DNA of 56,791 nt from Candidatus Zixiibacteriota bacterium. Its GTDB lineage: Bacteria > RBG-13-66-14 > B26-G2 > WVWN01. Position numbers and translations under genes: made by a program. The notes under the pieces were generated by a model that searched no databases, was not told where the DNA came from, and saw only the letters and a program-made list of their open reading frames with translations. How positions within the stretch are numbered: the stretch's first letter is position 1; each line of letters starts with the position of its first letter. Location: the NCBI GenBank assembly GCA_011773985.1, contig WVWN01000003.1:2898-59688 (forward strand), written 5' to 3'. Shown here piece by piece: positions 44,454 through 52,712 of this stretch.

Positions 44454-45503
44454 TTAAGGACTTTCCAACACCCGGAGCCGTTGTTCGGCGGTGGCCCGGC
44501 TCGCGGCGAGGTCTTCTCGGCCTTCGGAATTGTTTAAAAATAGGTAGTAGTAATGGGCCGCCTCTTCCGCGTTCTCGTCGGCGTCGGCCAACACGGCGAG
44601 GTTGTAATAGGGTTCGGCGAAATCGGGCTTCAAACGCACTACTTCCAAGTAGCCGGCGCGCGCTTGGTCCACGTCGCCGATTTTTTGTCTAACGAAGGAG
44701 AGGCCGAATAAGTAGTAAGGGTTTTCCGGGAATGCGCTCACTATCTGTTCGTAGATTTCGAGCGATTCCTCGAACTCGCTCGCCGCGGCGTAAGTGGCCG
44801 CGTATTCCGCCAATATGTCGGCGTTTGCCGCCGCTTTGCCGACGGCTTCGAGGTAGTACCTGACGGCCTGGCGTCGGTCGCCCGCGGCCTCGTACGTCGC
44901 CGCCAATTCGGCGAGCGTGCCTCCGTCCCGCCCGTATTTCAGCGCCTGTTCGTAATATTTAATAGCCTGCTCGGTGTCGCCGTCGGCGCGCGCCCATTGA
45001 GCTAGGGTTAAGTAAATGTCTCGCGAGCCCGCCCGCTGGGTTAGGTAACGCTCCAAGCAGGCCCGAGCCTCCGGCCGCCTACCCAAATGGTTCAATAGTT
45101 TGGCCTTCAATAAATACGCTTCGTTCTTGCTTAGGCCGTGGGCGAGAGCTTCGTCAACGTAGAACAGCGCGTTTCGGTTGTCGCCGCGACGTTGGGCTAT
45201 CACGGCGAGGTTGTAGAGGACGGCCGTGTCGTCGGGGTAAGCCTCGCGCGCTATCAAAAGGTCCTTTTCGGCGCTCCCGAACTCCCCGTTCCCAACGAGC
45301 CCAAGCCCCCTGATTAGGTGGGTGGCCGCGTCGTCGGGCCAACGTGCCAAAATTTCGTCCGCGAGCTCGACGGCCCGCCCGTAGTCGCCTACGAGCAACG
45401 CCGCTTGCGCCAGATTTCTACGGGCGGCCAGATCGTCCGCGGCGGCAACAGTCCCCAGGAGCACCCCGACTAAGCATACCCATTTGGTAAGCGAAAGCCT
45501 CAC
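44454..45503 (-). CDS. Exported TPR protein
   Basis: Signal peptide; multiple TPRs. Confidence 0.88.
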   Translation of the reverse strand: MRLSLTKWVCLVGVLLGTVAAADDLAARRNLAQAALLVGDYGRAVELADEILARWPDDAATHLIRGLGLVGNGEFGSAEKDLLIAREAYPDDTAVLYNLAVIAQRRGDNRNALFYVDEALAHGLSKNEAYLLKAKLLNHLGRRPEARACLERYLTQRAGSRDIYLTLAQWARADGDTEQAIKYYEQALKYGRDGGTLAELAATYEAAGDRRQAVRYYLEAVGKAAANADILAEYAATYAAASEFEESLEIYEQIVSAFPENPYYLFGLSFVRQKIGDVDQARAGYLEVVRLKPDFAEPYYNLAVLADADENAEEAAHYYYLFLNNSEGREDLAASRATAEQRLRVLESP

Positions 45504-45682
45504 CTTGCGGTCGAAGTCTAACAGAATGCCACGGCATCGTCAAGCTAAATGTCCTTTATTTAAAGGTTATTTTACCCTTGACCCTATGTTCGCTATATGC
45601 TATATTATAGTATAACCTAATGCTGGGACAACCAGGCCCCCGGACGCGTTTCCGCGGGGCCGTTTTTTTAGGAGGGTATTTT

Positions 45683-46345
45683 ATGGACGGCCTCGAAGTT
45701 GTCTGGTCCGAGCTTTTCGGGGACGAAGACGTTGACGTCGAGTTCGACCACAGCCGTCGCGACGAGCCGCCCTGGTTCGGTTTTATCCCGCGAGTTTTAG
45801 GGGTCGACTTAATGCGCCCCTTCCACCCGACGTTGGCTTTGTGGTGGCGGGGCCGCGTGGTTGAAGTCGCGACCTTTACCGTCGACCGGCGGGAATTTCC
45901 CGGCACGGCCCGAGCGCTGCTCATGCTCGCCGAGTCGTTCGCCGATATGTGCCGGGAGCGGAATCTTTTCGGCGCGTACCTGGCGACTTTCGACCTCTGG
46001 CGTGACGCGCAATGCGCGGCCGCGACTGCGGCCGTCATAAGGGAGGCCGACTGGTGCGGGATGTTCGTGCTCGAGCCTGCGGAGTACGTCGGGAAGGCGG
46101 GGGTGGAGCCGGCGGCGTTATTGGCAGAGGCCATGGCGAACGCGCTCGAGGCGGGTACGATACGTCCTCCGGAGCTGGTGGCGCGCCGGCGGGCCGCGGC
46201 CTTCGTTCCGAAAAAATCAGACCTCCCCCTGGAAGGCGCCCTGGTAGCCGTCGACCAGCGGCGAGGGGAGTTTGAGGAAGACGAGTTGGACGAGTCGGGC
46301 CCCGAGCTGCAAACGCGCGCCCCGGGGCGAGGCGACGACGAGTAG
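45683..46345 (+). CDS. Hypothetical protein
   Basis: SD GGAGG before ATG 45683; promoter-like TTGACC-17-TATATT at 45578-45606. Confidence 0.65.
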   Translation: MDGLEVVWSELFGDEDVDVEFDHSRRDEPPWFGFIPRVLGVDLMRPFHPTLALWWRGRVVEVATFTVDRREFPGTARALLMLAESFADMCRERNLFGAYLATFDLWRDAQCAAATAAVIREADWCGMFVLEPAEYVGKAGVEPAALLAEAMANALEAGTIRPPELVARRRAAAFVPKKSDLPLEGALVAVDQRRGEFEEDELDESGPELQTRAPGRGDDE

Positions 46346-46723
46346 CGCCCGACTCCGACCCCGGTAACCGGTATCCCAGAGCGCGGTCGCGACCGTGACG
46401 CCCATCCTCAAAAGGCTCGAGCGCGGCCGGGCCAGAGCGCATAAGTCGTCGTGGACGTTAACCTTCTCGCGGAAGGCGACGGCGTAGCCGCCGGGCTCGA
46501 GGTGTATCCATCCCTCGTCGTCGAAGGGCAGGACGTCGACCTCGGGAATGACGCGCGCGTCGTTGTCGAAGGCGAGGCGGCCGGGGCCTTCCCATACGCC
46601 GACCTCCGCCAGCGTCAACTCGACGCCGTTGGATTGCAGCTGCTCTTCGCCGCAGGGCGTAACCAGCGGCGGCCTCCACTCGAAGACGCGCCGACGCAAC
46701 TCTTCGCCCGCCAGTATGGACAT
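46217..46723 (-). CDS. dUTPase / dCTP deaminase family protein
   Basis: QLQSNGVELTL, PRSSLLRMG, WDTGYRG, GARLVQLVF, YQGAFQ. Confidence 0.9.
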   Translation of the reverse strand: MSILAGEELRRRVFEWRPPLVTPCGEEQLQSNGVELTLAEVGVWEGPGRLAFDNDARVIPEVDVLPFDDEGWIHLEPGGYAVAFREKVNVHDDLCALARPRSSLLRMGVTVATALWDTGYRGRSRALLVVASPRGARLQLGARLVQLVFLKLPSPLVDGYQGAFQGEV

Positions 46724-46724
46724 T

Positions 46725-48023
46725 TTAATCCAAGGGCCCTTCCAAAAGCGTGAGGATTTCGCCCGCGAGGTAGAACGAGCCGGCGACGGTTACCAGCCCT
46801 TTCTCGCCCGCCAGCGCGCGGGCGCGCGCGAGTGCGGCGGCGGGCGGGTGGGCCGCTTCCACGTTTTCGAAAATGTTGCGCGTGGCGTCCGCGAGCTCGG
46901 CGGCGGCGCGGGCGCGTGGGGTTGCGGCCGCGGTCGTTATGGCGCAATCGACGTGCGGCCCCAGCTCGCGGGCGAAGTCGGCCGCGTCCTTCTCCGCGGA
47001 CATACCCCAGAGGAGGACTTTCTTGTCCGCCCGTAGATCACGGATTAACGAGGCGAGTTCGCGGGCCGAAGCCGCGGTGTGGGCGCTGTCCAAAATGACC
47101 GCGGGCGACGCCCGGATGACCTCGAGGCGCGCTCGCGCGCGGCCCGTCTCTACGCCCCGCCTCGCCGCCTCGGCCGAAACGCCGAAGGCGCCGAAGGTCT
47201 CGAGCGCCGCGAGGGCCAACGCGGCGTTGGTCCGCTGCGCGGCGCCCGGCATCGCGGCCTTTACGTTTCGCAGCTCGTAACGCCGGCCGCGGTAGTCGAA
47301 GGTCCCGTCGCCGTTCGTCGCGAAAAATATATCGGCACCCACGAACGATAACGGCGCGCCGACGCGTGCGGCCGTTTCGCTCAGGACGCGCGCGGCGGCT
47401 TCTTCCTGCGGCGCGCTCACGGCGGGGACGCCGGCCTTAAGGACGCCCGCCTTCTCCGCCGCTATCCTCTCGAGAGAATCGCCCAGGATTTGGGTATGGT
47501 CCAGCCCGAGCGTCGTGACCGCCACCGCCGCGGGCGACGCGACGTTCGTGGCGTCGAGGCGGCCGCCGAGGCCGGCCTCGAGTACGGCGACGTCCGCTTC
47601 CCGCTCGCGGAAATATAATAACGCCGCGGCGAGCAGCGTCTCGAAGTACGTCCGGTAGTTCGCTTTCTCCGACCCCGTCATCGCCCCCTTGACGTCGCCG
47701 ACGAGCCGGCCGAAGTCTTCCTTGGATATAATCTCGTCGCCGAAGGTAATCCGCTCCCGCACCGAGCGAAGGTGGGGAGACGTAAACGTTCCCGCGCGGC
47801 GGCCCGCGGCCGCGAACGCCGCGGCCAGCATCGCGACCGCCGAGCCTTTTCCCTTGGTACCGACGACGTGTACGATGGGGAACGCGTCTTGGGGCGAGCC
47901 GAGGCGCTCGAGCAGGGCGGCGAAGTTCTCGAGGTCGAAGGCGCGCGTGTCGTAGCGGCGCGGTACGTCGCGCTCGTAGTTGACCAGCGACTCGAGGAAG
48001 GTTTTGGCGTCTTCGTATTCCAT
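46725..48023 (-). CDS. folC: Folylpolyglutamate/dihydrofolate synthase
   Basis: HVVGTKGKGS, TSPHL..VRERI, EAGLGGRLDATNV, DSAHT. Confidence 0.96.
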   Translation of the reverse strand: MEYEDAKTFLESLVNYERDVPRRYDTRAFDLENFAALLERLGSPQDAFPIVHVVGTKGKGSAVAMLAAAFAAAGRRAGTFTSPHLRSVRERITFGDEIISKEDFGRLVGDVKGAMTGSEKANYRTYFETLLAAALLYFREREADVAVLEAGLGGRLDATNVASPAAVAVTTLGLDHTQILGDSLERIAAEKAGVLKAGVPAVSAPQEEAAARVLSETAARVGAPLSFVGADIFFATNGDGTFDYRGRRYELRNVKAAMPGAAQRTNAALALAALETFGAFGVSAEAARRGVETGRARARLEVIRASPAVILDSAHTAASARELASLIRDLRADKKVLLWGMSAEKDAADFARELGPHVDCAITTAAATPRARAAAELADATRNIFENVEAAHPPAAALARARALAGEKGLVTVAGSFYLAGEILTLLEGPLD

Positions 48024-48029
48024 AATTTC

Positions 48030-48809
48030 CTAGCCGGCGTAGGGCGACGGCCGGCGCGGCTCCTCCTCCGCTTCGGCCGGGGCCTCTTCTTCTTCCGGTT
48101 CGCCCTTGGGGTAGGCGAGCCACGCCACGCCTATCGAGATTAAGTATAATATTAACAAAGGCACGGCGAGGATGGATTGCGTGAAGACGTCGGGGCCGGG
48201 GGTGAGCGCCGCGGCTAAGATAAATACAAATAATACCACGTACTTCCATTTGGCGGTTAAGAATTTGGGCGAGACGATGCGGAGCCTCGCGAGAAAGAAT
48301 ATGACCACCGGCGCCTCGAAGACGAGGCCCACCGCGAGCAGGAGCCGCAGCGCCAGCGACGCGTAGCTCCCCAGCGTCCAGTCCGCGGTGAGCGTCTCGG
48401 TCTCGAAGGAGCGGAAGAAGCGCATCGCCGGGAACAGCATGTAGTAGCCGAAGACGACGCCGGCGGCGAAGCAGGCCGACGTCGCGACGACGAAGGGCAG
48501 CGCGTAGCGCTTCTCCTTCGGTAGCAACCCGGGCGCGACGAAGCGCCATATCTGGTAGAAGATGAAGGGCGACGTGACGACGAGGCCCGCGATGAACGAG
48601 ACGGCGAGGTAAACGACGAAGGCCTCCGCGGGCTTGATGTACTGGAACTTGCCGGCGCCGGGCGCGAGCAGAAGTTCGACGAGGCGGGGCGAGAAGTAGA
48701 AGGCTCCGGCGGTCCCGGCGGCCGCGGCGCCCAGGATCCAGAGGATGCGCACGCGCAGCTCCTCCAAGTGCTCGAGGAAGCTCATCTCGTCCGGTTTCTT
48801 TCGGGGCAT
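48030..48809 (-). CDS. tatC: Twin-arginine translocase TatC
   Basis: MSFLEHLEELR, YQIWRFVAPGL...EK, FEAP, LTPGPD. Confidence 0.97.
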   Translation of the reverse strand: MPRKKPDEMSFLEHLEELRVRILWILGAAAAGTAGAFYFSPRLVELLLAPGAGKFQYIKPAEAFVVYLAVSFIAGLVVTSPFIFYQIWRFVAPGLLPKEKRYALPFVVATSACFAAGVVFGYYMLFPAMRFFRSFETETLTADWTLGSYASLALRLLLAVGLVFEAPVVIFFLARLRIVSPKFLTAKWKYVVLFVFILAAALTPGPDVFTQSILAVPLLILYLISIGVAWLAYPKGEPEEEEAPAEAEEEPRRPSPYAG

Positions 48810-48819
48810 GATAAAGAGT

Positions 48820-48847
48820 AAAAAACTCCGGCCTTTCGCCGGAGTAT
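48820..48847 (-). terminator. Rho-independent terminator-like hairpin downstream of the nuclease-like gene
   Basis: ACTCCGGC-GAAAG-GCCGGAGT followed by T tract on the minus strand; lies just upstream of tatC. Confidence 0.5.
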
Positions 48848-48973
48848 AACTTTATCAAAAGCCGGCCGCAAGGGTTTAGGGGCGGCTTAGAACGGCGGCG
48901 ATTACTAAAAGGCCGGGAGCGCGGTAACGCTGATTAGCCGCGAGGGTAAATTAAAAGCCACAGCGCCCGCGGT

Positions 48974-50467
48974 TTATTGCTCAACGGCTAGGTATTTTAT
49001 TAATTCTTCTTTAAACGCCGGGTTTTTGACTTGGACGTGCGAGATTTCTTTTAATATGTCGACGAACTCGTCTACGAGTCTCCCCAACACTAAACCCCAC
49101 GGCGCGTAATAGTCGTGTTTTATTTCAAGCGTGTCTACGCCGGTTACGCCTTTTTTACCCAACATCACGAGTTGCGGGGCCATGCCGTCTATTACCGCTT
49201 TTATAATCGATTCGAGGATCACGAGGTCCAAGGTAACGAAAGAGGCGTCGGCGGACGTGTGAGAGAACTTAGCGAATTCGTCCCTTAGTTTGGCCTGGAG
49301 TTTAACAGTAAGATTTTCTATTTCTACTTCGGCGCGGCGGAATGCTTTGTCTATGTCCGCCTTCGTTGCCGGCGCTTCTTTGGAGAAAAGCGGTTCCGCC
49401 CACCGTTGTATAAGGATCGGGTTTTTACGGTACTGGTTTACCCAATAGAGGAGGGTTTCGGCTGGCCACAACGACATCGAGATACCCGTATTAACGCGGA
49501 ATTTCGCCGCCAATCCTTCCGAACCGGGGGAAAACGCCGGCGCTACCAATACTAAGTATTTTACGAAATCGGCGTACGTAGCAGGCACCTTGTTTTTGAA
49601 CATGTCGAGGCAGAAGCTTTTTAGCCGGACTAGGTAGTCGGCTTTTAGCTCGTAAACGGCGCCCGCTGTTGTCTTACATTCCCCGATCCCTATGTAGGGT
49701 GGCCCTGCGCGGCCTGCGATTATTACTAGGTCCCATTCCGTCGGTTTTCTTTGAATTATAGTGTCGAACTCTAGGAGTTCGAACGCTTGGGCGGTCAGGG
49801 TCTCGAAAACGTATTCCGGTTGTTCGTGGTATCTTTCTCGCGCTACCGCGGCGTCTTGTCGCGCGATCGCCAAATAGTCCCGGTTAAGTTGCGCCAAAGT
49901 ATTTTCGATGTCCCGCCCCTCGATCGCGCCGCACTCGGCGTGCCGGCGGCACTCCACTAATTTTCCTAATTCCTCGAGTGGACCACCCGAAATATGGTTT
50001 ATCCGCGCGCGCTCGACCGGTAGTCGTTCCTGGTAAATTAGTTCTGCTACCGCGGCGGGGAAATGTTTACAAAATGGATAACGGCCCTTTTTAACTTGGT
50101 ACGTGTAGTCGGGGCAACGGTCGTCGCAATAATACGCGAAATCCTCGGCTCCCAAGTTGTGGATCGTTACGTTATACCCGCCAACGTCCGCCGAGATTAC
50201 GTTACCCTCTACGGTTTTTATTTTAACTCTTTTATTTAAAAAATAATCTGCGCTATCTTTTATTTTTTCGATTATTTTGTCACTTACGTATTCATTTACG
50301 ATTTGTTCCACATTCTCCTGAGGAAGGTCTAGGTTTTCGGCTACGTGTTTGGCGAGTGCCGCTTGGCTAAGGCCAGAGTACCCTTTTATCTCGTACCTCT
50401 TACATATCTCCTTCAGGTCGCCGGCCGTCAGCGTTTTTAATAAACCGGCTTTTGTTCGCTTTACCAT
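48974..50467 (-). CDS. HeH/Rho-N-like + SWIM zinc finger + PD-(D/E)xK nuclease-like protein
   Basis: LTAGDLKEICKRYEIKGYSGL; CDDRCPDY...CKH; FE...AFELLEF...WDLVI...GECKT. Confidence 0.65.
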   Translation of the reverse strand: MVKRTKAGLLKTLTAGDLKEICKRYEIKGYSGLSQAALAKHVAENLDLPQENVEQIVNEYVSDKIIEKIKDSADYFLNKRVKIKTVEGNVISADVGGYNVTIHNLGAEDFAYYCDDRCPDYTYQVKKGRYPFCKHFPAAVAELIYQERLPVERARINHISGGPLEELGKLVECRRHAECGAIEGRDIENTLAQLNRDYLAIARQDAAVARERYHEQPEYVFETLTAQAFELLEFDTIIQRKPTEWDLVIIAGRAGPPYIGIGECKTTAGAVYELKADYLVRLKSFCLDMFKNKVPATYADFVKYLVLVAPAFSPGSEGLAAKFRVNTGISMSLWPAETLLYWVNQYRKNPILIQRWAEPLFSKEAPATKADIDKAFRRAEVEIENLTVKLQAKLRDEFAKFSHTSADASFVTLDLVILESIIKAVIDGMAPQLVMLGKKGVTGVDTLEIKHDYYAPWGLVLGRLVDEFVDILKEISHVQVKNPAFKEELIKYLAVEQ

Positions 50468-50538
50468 ATCGCGAACCTCCCCTCTAAGTAGTTAAATTTA
50501 GCCGCCCGGCTCAGGCGGCTAAGGTAATTATTCTTATT

Positions 50539-50611
50539 TGGGCGCTACAGGACTCGAACCTGTGACTTCTGCTCTGTGAAAGCAGCGCTCTACCAGCTGA
50601 GCTAAGCGCCC
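50539..50611 (-). tRNA. trnV: tRNA-Val(CAC), CCA not encoded
   Basis: Cloverleaf GGGCGCT/AGCGCCC acceptor, D arm GCTC/GAGC, anticodon arm CTGCT-TTCACAG-AGCAG, T arm ACAGG-TTCGAGT-CCTGT. Confidence 0.95.
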
Positions 50612-50667
50612 GCGTCATTCGGTTCCTCCCCCTCTCGTGGTTATTATACCCCTACGCGCCGGCCGTG

Positions 50668-51027
50668 TCAACTCCCCGCGGCGAGGACGTACGCCTCGAG
50701 CGGTTCGTCCCGGCCTATGTGCGAGGCGACGACCTCGCGCGCCCGCGCCGGCGTCATATCCGCGTATATGACCTCTTCCTTCGCGGGGGACGTTACGTAG
50801 ACCAGCGGCTCGCGCTCGCACAGGCCGCGGCAGCCGGTCTGCGTTACGATGACGTCCGTGATGCCGCGCTCGTCGAGCTCGTCGATGAGCGCCGCGAGGA
50901 CCTCCCGCGCGCCGGCGGCGATGCCGCACGTCCCCATCCCCACGACGACCGTATAGCGCGCGGCGCCCTCGGCCAACTCCTCGGCGGGCATCTTCTCCAC
51001 CATTTTACGCAGGTCTTCGAGCTTCAT
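50668..51027 (-). CDS. Thioredoxin-like [2Fe-2S] ferredoxin (HndB/HydD-like)
   Basis: VGMGTCGIAAGA, TGCRGLCEREPLV. Confidence 0.92.
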   Translation of the reverse strand: MKLEDLRKMVEKMPAEELAEGAARYTVVVGMGTCGIAAGAREVLAALIDELDERGITDVIVTQTGCRGLCEREPLVYVTSPAKEEVIYADMTPARAREVVASHIGRDEPLEAYVLAAGS

Positions 51028-51059
51028 CTCGTTCCCTCCGCCTCGAGGGCCGGGCGCAT

Positions 51060-51614
51060 CTAAGCCCCGCCGGCGGCCGCGACCCTTTCTTCGTTGTCGG
51101 CAACGTACTTGCGGAGCGCCTTGGCTATTTGCGGCGTCGCCAGCGTGCGGCGGCGGAGTTTATCCTTTAGCTCTACCGTGCTTAGCTCGAACAGCGCGCC
51201 GTCCCGTTCGTGGCGATACTCGAAGTCGACGCGCGGGTTCGTAACGATGAGGGTCCATATCGTCGCGGCGACGTCGCCCAGCGGCGGCCGGTCGATGCTG
51301 TCGAGTCGGTAGCGCGCCTCAACGGTAGTGCCCTCGCCCGGCGCCGACGTGACGGTGAGGCCGCCGCCCGCCTGCTCCGCCGTCTGTTCCAAGAGCGGTA
51401 TCCCCAGGCCCACGCGGCGCGTGGCGCGCGTCGTGAAGAACGGGTCGTGGACGCGCGATAGTGTCTCGGCCGTCATACCCGAGCCGTCGTCGCGGATAAT
51501 GAATACGAAGGTGTTCTCCCGGGCCTTCTCGTCGATTTCGATCCTCACCTTCGTCGCGCCGGCGCGGATCGAGTTTTGGGTTATGTCTAGGATATGCAGG
51601 GAGATGTCTTCCAC
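51060..51614 (-). CDS. HATPase_c (histidine-kinase-like ATPase) protein of hydrogenase clusters
   Basis: SLHILDITQNSIRAGA, DDGSGM, DPFFTTR..RRVGLG, IDRPPLGD. Confidence 0.92.
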   Translation of the reverse strand: MEDISLHILDITQNSIRAGATKVRIEIDEKARENTFVFIIRDDGSGMTAETLSRVHDPFFTTRATRRVGLGIPLLEQTAEQAGGGLTVTSAPGEGTTVEARYRLDSIDRPPLGDVAATIWTLIVTNPRVDFEYRHERDGALFELSTVELKDKLRRRTLATPQIAKALRKYVADNEERVAAAGGA

Positions 51615-51628
51615 GGCGGAGTGTCTCG

Positions 51629-52360
51629 TTAGCCGTAGCCGGCGACGTGCCGGCCGTCCTTTGCGGCGAGCGCCATTTTGAGTTCTTCGAAGGTCGGCGC
51701 CGCGAGCTCGAAGACCGTGAAGGCCGCGCCGACGTCGTTAGGGCGATGCGCGTCCGACGCGCGGATGACGGCGTACCCGCAATCGGCGTAGTCCTCGGCC
51801 TTGCCGTACGGCGAGAGCTCGACGGCGTCGAAGACGCCGGGCGGTATGAAGCCGAGCTGGCTTGTGCAGCTGAAGGCGGGCCGGTCGACGTGGCTCGCGA
51901 CGGCGAGGCCGCCGTAGCGGTGTACGTAATCTACGGTCGTGCCGACGTCCATGTCGGTGGCGCCGAGGAGCAGTCGTTCGTTCATGCCGAGGACGTTCTC
52001 GTGCTCGTCGACGATCACCTGGTAGCCGAAGCGCCGCGGGTCGTTCTCGCCTTCCTGCAGCCGCTGGTACACCTTGCCTTGCATCTCGCCCGCGTCGGCC
52101 AGCGTCGCGAAGAGCGCGAGGACGTGGACCTCCTCCGCGGTCGTGACTTCCATACCGGGTATGACGGTGATGCCGGCCCTTTCCCCGAGGCGTACGGCGG
52201 GGCGGGCGTTTTCGGAGGCGTTGTGGTCGGCGATGCCGACGAGGGTGAGGCCGCGCCTTCGGGCGGCTTGGACGATTCGCCGCGGCGATTGGCTCAGGTC
52301 GCCGCAGGGTGAAAGGACTGTGTGGATATGAAGGTCGGCGCGGAAGGTTCGCAGCGTCAG
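51629..52360 (-). CDS. PHP-domain phosphoesterase; probable CTG start
   Basis: In-frame extension upstream of the tracked ORF gives ADLHIHTVLSPCGD...ADHN...GMEVTTAEEVH; SDAH at the C-terminus. Confidence 0.88.
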   Translation of the reverse strand: MTLRTFRADLHIHTVLSPCGDLSQSPRRIVQAARRRGLTLVGIADHNASENARPAVRLGERAGITVIPGMEVTTAEEVHVLALFATLADAGEMQGKVYQRLQEGENDPRRFGYQVIVDEHENVLGMNERLLLGATDMDVGTTVDYVHRYGGLAVASHVDRPAFSCTSQLGFIPPGVFDAVELSPYGKAEDYADCGYAVIRASDAHRPNDVGAAFTVFELAAPTFEELKMALAAKDGRHVAGYG

Positions 52361-52704
52361 CGTTCTTTCCCCCTAAGCCCCATCTTATAAAGTCGTCCCA
52401 CGAGTTCGAAGCTGTTTTCTTCGGAGAGCAGAACGGTTACCCCTTCCTCCTCGGCCTTGGCGATGGTTTCGGCCGCGGGCTTCTTGCCGCTCGTGATTAC
52501 CACGCCCGCGAGGTCGTTCAACGAGCAGACGGCGACGACGTTGATGTGGGTCTGGATGGTAACCCAAAGGGCGCCCTCGCCCGCGTTGGCCATGACGTCG
52601 GAGAGCAGGTCCGAGACGTAACCGCCTTTGACGTCGCCGTCGACGCCTCCCGCGGCGGAGGCCACTTCGAGCCCGAGCTTGTCGATTATCTTCTTTAGTT
52701 CCAT
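52357..52704 (-). CDS. DRTGG-domain protein
   Basis: Start MELKKII; GGYVSDLLSDVM, WVTIQTH. Confidence 0.92.
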   Translation of the reverse strand: MELKKIIDKLGLEVASAAGGVDGDVKGGYVSDLLSDVMANAGEGALWVTIQTHINVVAVCSLNDLAGVVITSGKKPAAETIAKAEEEGVTVLLSEENSFELVGRLYKMGLRGKER

Positions 52705-52712
52705 CGTTGACC

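Noticed and set aside
50539-50611. tRNA-Sec because the loop contains TCA
   Set aside because: Loop register gives anticodon CAC; the acceptor stem is 7 bp and the variable arm is short
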